This document shows positions 26,762-32,000 of a stretch of DNA of 32,000 bases, in pieces. The notes beneath the pieces are model-generated. The model made no database searches, had not been told where the DNA came from, and was given only the letters and a program-made list of their open reading frames with translations. The stretch covers positions 510,001-542,000 of the forward strand of contig CAZKBG010000001.1 of the NCBI GenBank assembly GCA_964551375.1, read 5' to 3'. Source of the stretch: an uncultured archaeon (GTDB lineage Archaea > Iainarchaeota > Iainarchaeia > Iainarchaeales > JAAZKV01). Numbering within the stretch: the stretch's first letter is position 1; each line of letters starts with the position of its first letter. The position numbers were made by a program, and so were the translations under genes.

Positions 26762-26867
26762 AAAATCAAATCCAGACTAACTTTCAAAAAAACAGCAGAA
26801 TTAATGACAAAAAACAGGCTAACAGCTTCTTTTTAAAAACAAAGAGCGTAAATTTCTTTTGAGAAAA

Positions 26868-27800
26868 ATGGCAAAACCAACCAGAACAAGAACAATTAAG
26901 AAAAAGCCAGCGCATGCGCCACACAAAACACCTGCTTTAAAGCACGCCCAAAAACCTGTTTCAAAAACCGAAGCAAACGGCGGCACTTGGATAAATAATG
27001 AAATCTTCCTAAAACTTGCAACCGTATTTTTGGCGACAGAAGTACTTGGATTATTTGTTGCAAAAGCATTATTTGCTCAGGGACTCCAGCAGGCACCGTT
27101 TGCTGAAGATATTAATGATATTTTAAATGCATTCTACTTATTCGGCGTAATAATTTTCATGACAATAGTAATACTTCTTGCGCTCAAAATGAAGCACACA
27201 AAGAAAATGCTTTGGGTTGTTGAAGCGCTTGCCATATTTGCAACATCAACAATAGTGATGAGCGCCTTTTTCCCGACAAACGACTTAGTAGTTCTTGGAA
27301 CAGTAGCGCTTTTGCTAATACTAAGATACACAAACCGCAAAAATTTAATGATAAGAAATTTAGCAAGCGTAATCGCAGTAGCAGGCGCAGGCGCCTTTTT
27401 AGGAATCTCGCTTGGATTATTCCCAGTAGTTGCATTTGCAATAATACTTGCAATATACGACATAATCGCAGTGTTTTACACAAAACACATGGTGACAATC
27501 GGAAAACAGTCGCTTGAAAACAATTTTGCATTCACAATTGCAATGCCGACAAAAGAACACAAATTTGAACTTGGAAACGGGGACTTAGTAATTCCATTAA
27601 TGATAGCATCAAGCGTGCTTGTAAACGGGCCATTTTTAAATAATGGAATAATGGCAGGAATCTCCCTCTCAGCAAGCTACATAGGACTTGTACTAAGCAT
27701 TTATTCAGTATCCAAATGGAAAAAACCAATGCCGGCGCTCCCCCCACAAACCGCTCTCATAGTAATCGCAATCCTAATCGGGCTTGCTCTTGGGCTTTAA
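26868..27800 (+). CDS. Presenilin/signal-peptide-peptidase-like intramembrane aspartyl protease
   Basis: Multi-TM protein with YD motif 'AIILAIYDIIAVFYTKHMV', GxGD-type 'FELGNGDLVIPLMIASS' and PAL motif 'KKPMPALPPQTALI'. Confidence 0.9.
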   Translation: MAKPTRTRTIKKKPAHAPHKTPALKHAQKPVSKTEANGGTWINNEIFLKLATVFLATEVLGLFVAKALFAQGLQQAPFAEDINDILNAFYLFGVIIFMTIVILLALKMKHTKKMLWVVEALAIFATSTIVMSAFFPTNDLVVLGTVALLLILRYTNRKNLMIRNLASVIAVAGAGAFLGISLGLFPVVAFAIILAIYDIIAVFYTKHMVTIGKQSLENNFAFTIAMPTKEHKFELGNGDLVIPLMIASSVLVNGPFLNNGIMAGISLSASYIGLVLSIYSVSKWKKPMPALPPQTALIVIAILIGLALGL

Positions 27801-27883
27801 ATAAATAAAACCGCCTGCAAAAGAGCCTAAATTTGATTTATATACGTTTTGCTGGGCAATTAAATAGTAGAAGTGAGCCAACA

Positions 27884-28291
27884 ATGCAGAAATATGAAGA
27901 TTTACTTGTAAAAGCATACCACTCAATACCGCAAAAGGCGCTAAGCCACGAAAGATTTGAAATACCAAGAGTAGAATCATTCATTCAGGGCGGAAAAACT
28001 ATTGTAAGAGGATTTAATATTTTAATTAAAGACATGCGAAGGGACAAAAAGCATTTCATAAAATGGCTGAACAAAGAAACCGCAGCCCCGATCAGCGAAG
28101 GAAACAACCAGCTCTTAATTAATGGAAAAGTAGGAGCAATACAACTCAACAAATTAATTGAAGCATATTTCAACCAATATGTTTTGTGCTCAGAATGCAA
28201 AAAACCGGACACAAAAGTTGTTTCACAGGACGGAATAAGAATGCTCAAATGCGAAGCGTGCGGAGCAATAAAACCAGTATCAGGACTATAA
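27884..28291 (+). CDS. Translation initiation factor aIF2 subunit beta
   Basis: 'FEIPRVESFIQGGKTIVRGFNILIKDMRRDKKHFIKWLNKE' and zinc ribbon 'VLCSECKKPDTKVVSQDGIRMLKCEACGAIKPV'. Confidence 0.95.
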   Translation: MQKYEDLLVKAYHSIPQKALSHERFEIPRVESFIQGGKTIVRGFNILIKDMRRDKKHFIKWLNKETAAPISEGNNQLLINGKVGAIQLNKLIEAYFNQYVLCSECKKPDTKVVSQDGIRMLKCEACGAIKPVSGL

Positions 28292-28384
28292 GACAAAACT
28301 TAACAAAACTTATTTTTAGAAATTAAATTAAAGCAAAAAATTTTGATAAATACGGCTAAATGTTAAAGAAAGCAAGTGATATTG

Positions 28385-28675
28385 ATGATAGCAAAAAAAC
28401 ACGAGATTGAATACAAAACAATTGTCGGAGTATGCGACAAAGAACACCTTGGAAAAACTTTCACCGAAGGCGAAATAGAATTCACTGCAAGCAAAAAATT
28501 CTACGAAGGAGAAGAAATAACAGAAGAAGAGTTAAACAAAATATTAGACGAAGCGGATTCGGTAAACCTGTTCGGAAACAAATGCGTCGGAATTGCGGAG
28601 AAAAAAGGGCTTGTTAGCGAAAAAGGAACGCTGAAAATAAAAGGAATCAAGCACGCGCAAGTATACAAAATGTAA
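28385..28675 (+). CDS. DUF424 family protein
   Basis: 'VGVCDKEHLGKTFTEGEIEFTASKKFYEGEEITEEELNKILDEADSVNLFGNKCVGIAEKKGLV' matches the DUF424 pattern next to aIF2beta. ATG follows GTGAT. Confidence 0.85.
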   Translation: MIAKKHEIEYKTIVGVCDKEHLGKTFTEGEIEFTASKKFYEGEEITEEELNKILDEADSVNLFGNKCVGIAEKKGLVSEKGTLKIKGIKHAQVYKM

Positions 28676-28750
28676 AACAGGGCAATTTTTGATAAACGAT
28701 GATTTTTATAGGTTTTGAAGAATAAGAATAAGTTAATTGGAGATGAAATA

Positions 28751-29134
28751 TTGGCAAATTTTAACAGTCAGAAGAGAAAAAACCAGATGAACAAGCGAAA
28801 GAGCTTTGGCTCGGCTCCGCAGCCAACCACTGAAGTTCAAGAAATGGGCTACACAAGAATGAGACTGCCAAACCCAAGCGAGCTTGAAGAATTTGCTATT
28901 GTAACACAATTAATGGGCTCAAACCAGGTAAAAGCAATGTGCGAAGACGGCACAGAAAGCCAGTTTAGAATACCAGGAAAACTTATGAAAAAAGTATGGC
29001 TAAGAGAAAATGATATTATAATTATCCAAAGATGGGAATTTCAGCCAAGCAAAGGAAATGTTGTTTGGAGATACCTTGGAAACCAAGTGGAATGGCTGAA
29101 AAGAAACGGAAAACTTGCAAAACTAGGGCTTTAA
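28751..29134 (+). CDS. Translation initiation factor aIF1A
   Basis: 'RMRLPNPSELEEFAIVTQLMGSNQVKAMCEDGTESQFRIPGKLMKKVWLRENDIIIIQRWEF'. Best start guess is TTG 28751 preceded by GGAG; ATG 28787 is possible. Confidence 0.92.
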   Translation: MANFNSQKRKNQMNKRKSFGSAPQPTTEVQEMGYTRMRLPNPSELEEFAIVTQLMGSNQVKAMCEDGTESQFRIPGKLMKKVWLRENDIIIIQRWEFQPSKGNVVWRYLGNQVEWLKRNGKLAKLGL

Positions 29135-29190
29135 TTCTAATAAACCAGCACCAAGCTAAGATATAAAAAGTAAAAATCGCTTACTAAATA

Positions 29191-30504
29191 ATGCAAAACA
29201 AAGGACAGGGAGCAATAGAATATCTGCTTATAATCGGCTCGGCAATACTTGTCGTGGCAATTGTAATAATTGCAATAACAGGAGCGCTTGGCACAGGGCA
29301 AACTCAAGTAAAAGACTCAAACCCGGGAAAAACAAACAACCCATTAGTTAAGTTAAAAGACGACATGCAGGGGCTGGAAAGAATTGAATTTACTTTTCCT
29401 CCAGGAACTACTGAAGTAACTCTACCTCTTGCAGGAATTGAATACCCAACGCTTAGCGATATTTTTTCCAATGCCCCGGGAGGAACGCAAGTGCTTCTTG
29501 TAAGAACCGGAATTAATTATATAAAGAATCCAGACGACACATGGTTTCCAGACGCAAGCCAAGTACAAGTCACAAACGCTGAAAACTTTAGAGTGACAAC
29601 CCCGCAGGAATTTTTAATTTCAGTGGCAGGAATAGGATACACTACAGACTGCCAAAGCAACATTAACTTTTTAGGAACAATAAATTCAAGACCGACCTGT
29701 TGTGATTATTACCCTTTAATTGCAGGATGCCTTGACCAAAATCTTACAAGCTTTTGGAAGCTTGATGAAACAAGCGGTAAAATATTTTCAGATTTTAAAA
29801 GCACAGCAGACGGACAATGCTTTGACATAAACTGCCCGTCCCCCACAACCGGACTTTTTGGAACAGGAGGACAATTATTTACTCCAAACAGACAAAATAA
29901 CCAATACATCCAAATACTAAACCCGACAAGATGGAATGACTCAAAAGTAACATATGTAATATGGTTCTACCCAATTGATCAAAACACAAACACAATAGTA
30001 AGCTTTCTTTACGATTTAGGCGGAGGAGCAAATAGCCCTGATAACTACATGCACGGACGCGGAGGAATATACATTGTGCCCGCAGGAAACGTTGAAGGAT
30101 ATGTAATGAATTACTCGCCGGGAAATGCAAACCCCGCCCTAAGCTGCTATGAAAACGGATTTGGAGTAAAGACAACAAATAGAATTAATCTCAACCAATG
30201 GAATATGCTTGCCTTCCAAGCGGATTACACAGGAGTAACAAAAGGGAAATTATACCTAAACGGAGTATTGAGCATTTCAGGAACCAGCCAAAAACAACTG
30301 CAGTGCAATAATGAAACAAACATAATGTGGATTGGCAGAAGAAAAACAGGCGGAGACGGAAAACTATACCTTGACGGAGAGCATCGATTAGTAAATGATT
30401 TCAATGGAATAATAGATGAGGTAGCAGTATGGAAACGCCACTTAACAGATGCGGAAATAATTGCTCTTTGGAATAACGGCAGCGGAAGAAGGGTTCCTGG
30501 CTAA
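29191..30504 (+). CDS. Secreted/pilin-like protein: class III signal peptide plus LamG/concanavalin-like domain
   Basis: N-terminal 'MQNKGQGAIEYLLIIGSAILVVAIVIIAI' (class III signal peptide QGxxEY + hydrophobic). The C-terminal 'FWKLDETSGKIFSDF...GKLYLNGVLSISGT...FNGIIDEVAVWKRHLTDAEIIALWNNG' is LamG-like. Confidence 0.88.
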   Translation: MQNKGQGAIEYLLIIGSAILVVAIVIIAITGALGTGQTQVKDSNPGKTNNPLVKLKDDMQGLERIEFTFPPGTTEVTLPLAGIEYPTLSDIFSNAPGGTQVLLVRTGINYIKNPDDTWFPDASQVQVTNAENFRVTTPQEFLISVAGIGYTTDCQSNINFLGTINSRPTCCDYYPLIAGCLDQNLTSFWKLDETSGKIFSDFKSTADGQCFDINCPSPTTGLFGTGGQLFTPNRQNNQYIQILNPTRWNDSKVTYVIWFYPIDQNTNTIVSFLYDLGGGANSPDNYMHGRGGIYIVPAGNVEGYVMNYSPGNANPALSCYENGFGVKTTNRINLNQWNMLAFQADYTGVTKGKLYLNGVLSISGTSQKQLQCNNETNIMWIGRRKTGGDGKLYLDGEHRLVNDFNGIIDEVAVWKRHLTDAEIIALWNNGSGRRVPG

Positions 30505-30557
30505 AAACCAAAAACATTACTCTAAAAATCCAAAAGCAACCCTAAAAAAGCCTCTGA

Positions 30558-31376
30558 ATGACAATATATCTAATGGATGTAAGCACACTAACGGATAAAG
30601 ACACATTAATCGACAGAATGAAAAGAGAAAAGCGATTAATCAAAGACGAGCACACAAGAAGCGTGTTCAATAAAGTTTTTGACAATGCAACAATTGCAGC
30701 TGTGCATGAACTTGCAAGAAAAAAATACTTTGAAGAGCTTGAATTTGTAATATCCACAGGAAAAGAAGGAAACGTATTTAGATGCGTATCGGGAGACAAC
30801 TACTACGCGCTGAAAATATACAAAGTTGATACTTCTGACTTTAAGCACATGACCGAATACATCATCGGAGACGAGAGATTTAAAGATGTGAGAAAAGACA
30901 AGCTTGAAATTGTAAAACTTTGGACAAAAAAAGAATTTAGAAACCTTGAAGACTTTACAAAAGCAAAAATAAGAGTGCCTCTTCCAATAGGAACAAGCAG
31001 AAACTGCCTGTTAATGGAATTAATCGGAAAAAACGGGGAAGCCGCTCCAAGAGCAAAAGAAAAACCATTTATTGACATGCAGGCGGCTTATGAAAAAATG
31101 TGCGAATACATGGCAAAAATGATAAATGCCAAGTTAGTGCACTCGGATTTAAGCGAATACAATATTTTGAACAACGATGAAGAACTTGTAATAATTGATG
31201 TAGGACAGGCAGTAACAACCATGCACCCGATGGCAAAAACATTCTTTGAAAGAGATGTACAAAATATTTCAAAATGGTTCGCAAAAAACGGAGTGGCAAC
31301 TGACTATGACATAATGTACCTTGCAATAAAAGAAAAAAGCGCGAAATTAAAAGACAAAAAATCAGCTAAAAAGTAA
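30558..31376 (+). CDS. rio1: RIO1 family serine protein kinase
   Basis: 'ISTGKEGNVFRCVSGDNYYALKIYK', 'AKLVHSDLSEYNILNNDEELVIIDVGQAV'. Confidence 0.95.
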   Translation: MTIYLMDVSTLTDKDTLIDRMKREKRLIKDEHTRSVFNKVFDNATIAAVHELARKKYFEELEFVISTGKEGNVFRCVSGDNYYALKIYKVDTSDFKHMTEYIIGDERFKDVRKDKLEIVKLWTKKEFRNLEDFTKAKIRVPLPIGTSRNCLLMELIGKNGEAAPRAKEKPFIDMQAAYEKMCEYMAKMINAKLVHSDLSEYNILNNDEELVIIDVGQAVTTMHPMAKTFFERDVQNISKWFAKNGVATDYDIMYLAIKEKSAKLKDKKSAKK

Positions 31377-31493
31377 AATTTAAGGCCAAAGCATTAATTT
31401 AAAACCTTTCAAAATCATAAATTTATTATTAGAGAGACAAAGTTAAATTAGAAAAAGAACGGGCAAAATTAAATTTAATAAAATGTGATAAAA

Positions 31494-32000
31494 ATGGAAG
31501 AACTAATTAGAATCCCTGAAGACAGAGTGGGCGTGCTCATAGGCCCTAAGGGAAGCGTTAAGCGAAAGATTGAATCAAAAACAAAAGTTACGCTTGACAT
31601 TGACTCCGCAGAAGGAGAAGTAACTGTTGACGGAGAAGGCGAAGGATATTTTAAAGCTCATGACATTGTAAAAGCAATCGGGCGAGGATTTTCTCCTGAG
31701 AAAGCATTCACTCTGTTGAAGGATGATTACTTACTGAAAATAATTGACATTACAGATTACACAGGAAAAAATACTTCAAACCAGAAAGCAAAAAGAGGAA
31801 GGGTTATTGGAAGGCACGGACTTGCAAGGCTTGAAATAGAAAAAAGAACACACTGCTTAATTTCAGTGCATGGAAAAACTGTTGCAATAATAGGACTTGC
31901 GGGAGAAATTGACACCGCGGTTGATGCTGTGCAAATGCTTCTTGAAGGCGCAAAGCACGAAACAGTAGAACACATCTTATTTGGCGTTAAAAAAGAAAGA
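31494..32000 (+). CDS. KH-domain protein, Pno1/Dim2/Krr1-like (3' end truncated by window)
   Basis: Manual translation: MEELIRIPEDRVGVLIGPKGSVKRKIESKTKVTLDIDSAEGEVTVDGEGEGYFKAHDIVKAIGRGFSPEKAFTLLKDDYLLKIIDITDYTGK...KRGRVIGRHGLARLEIEKRTHCLISVHGKTVAIIGLAGEIDTAVDAVQMLLEGAKHETVEHILFGVKKER. It shows GxxG KH motifs and neighbours RIO1. Confidence 0.93.
   Translation, partial: MEELIRIPEDRVGVLIGPKGSVKRKIESKTKVTLDIDSAEGEVTVDGEGEGYFKAHDIVKAIGRGFSPEKAFTLLKDDYLLKIIDITDYTGKNTSNQKAKRGRVIGRHGLARLEIEKRTHCLISVHGKTVAIIGLAGEIDTAVDAVQMLLEGAKHETVEHILFGVKKER

Noticed and set aside
27134-27463. Antisense ORFs opposite the presenilin-like gene (27134..27463, 27184..27531, 27532..27747)
   Set aside because: They are antisense to a CDS with catalytic motifs, and have no start/SD support or recognisable motif.
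1-32000. CRISPR array, transposon, prophage, toxin-antitoxin or defence island
   Set aside because: I saw no regularly spaced direct repeats, transposase/integrase motifs or Cas/defence motifs. The window is mostly core informational genes.

Overview
The window is a gene-dense archaeal chromosome segment with low to moderate GC. The small gene sizes and the presence of DUF-type membrane genes suggest a DPANN or other uncultivated lineage, but this is inference and no rRNA is present. The left half holds the conserved exosome/RNase P/proteasome/ribosome superoperon on the minus strand: L15e, Rpp30, Pop5, a 53-aa basic protein, PsmA, SBDS, Rrp4, Rrp41, Rrp42, L37Ae, RpoP, Pcc1-like and prefoldin beta. 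An uncharacterised plus-strand gene (9339..10184) interrupts it. The middle carries an Ncs6/TtuA-type PP-loop protein, a SemiSWEET-like protein, a 560-aa coiled-coil protein, LSm, a MinD/Roadblock-like/DUF4388- or DUF2226-like trio, and NYN, AlkD-like, NUDIX and aIF5A genes. The right part carries a THUMP-less ThiI-like protein, DUF4013 and Yip1-like membrane proteins, HIT, MCM, a presenilin-like protease, aIF2beta, DUF424, aIF1A, a class III signal peptide plus LamG protein, RIO1 and a KH-domain (Pno1/Krr1-like) protein. I found no CRISPR array, tRNA, rRNA, transposon or defence island. The most interesting unexplained signal is a compact, foldable three-way-junction element upstream of mcm (24480..24567). 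After it come the inserted unknown gene in the superoperon, the MinD/Roadblock cluster, a two-hairpin leader before the DUF4013 gene, and several hairpin plus T-run terminator-like structures.
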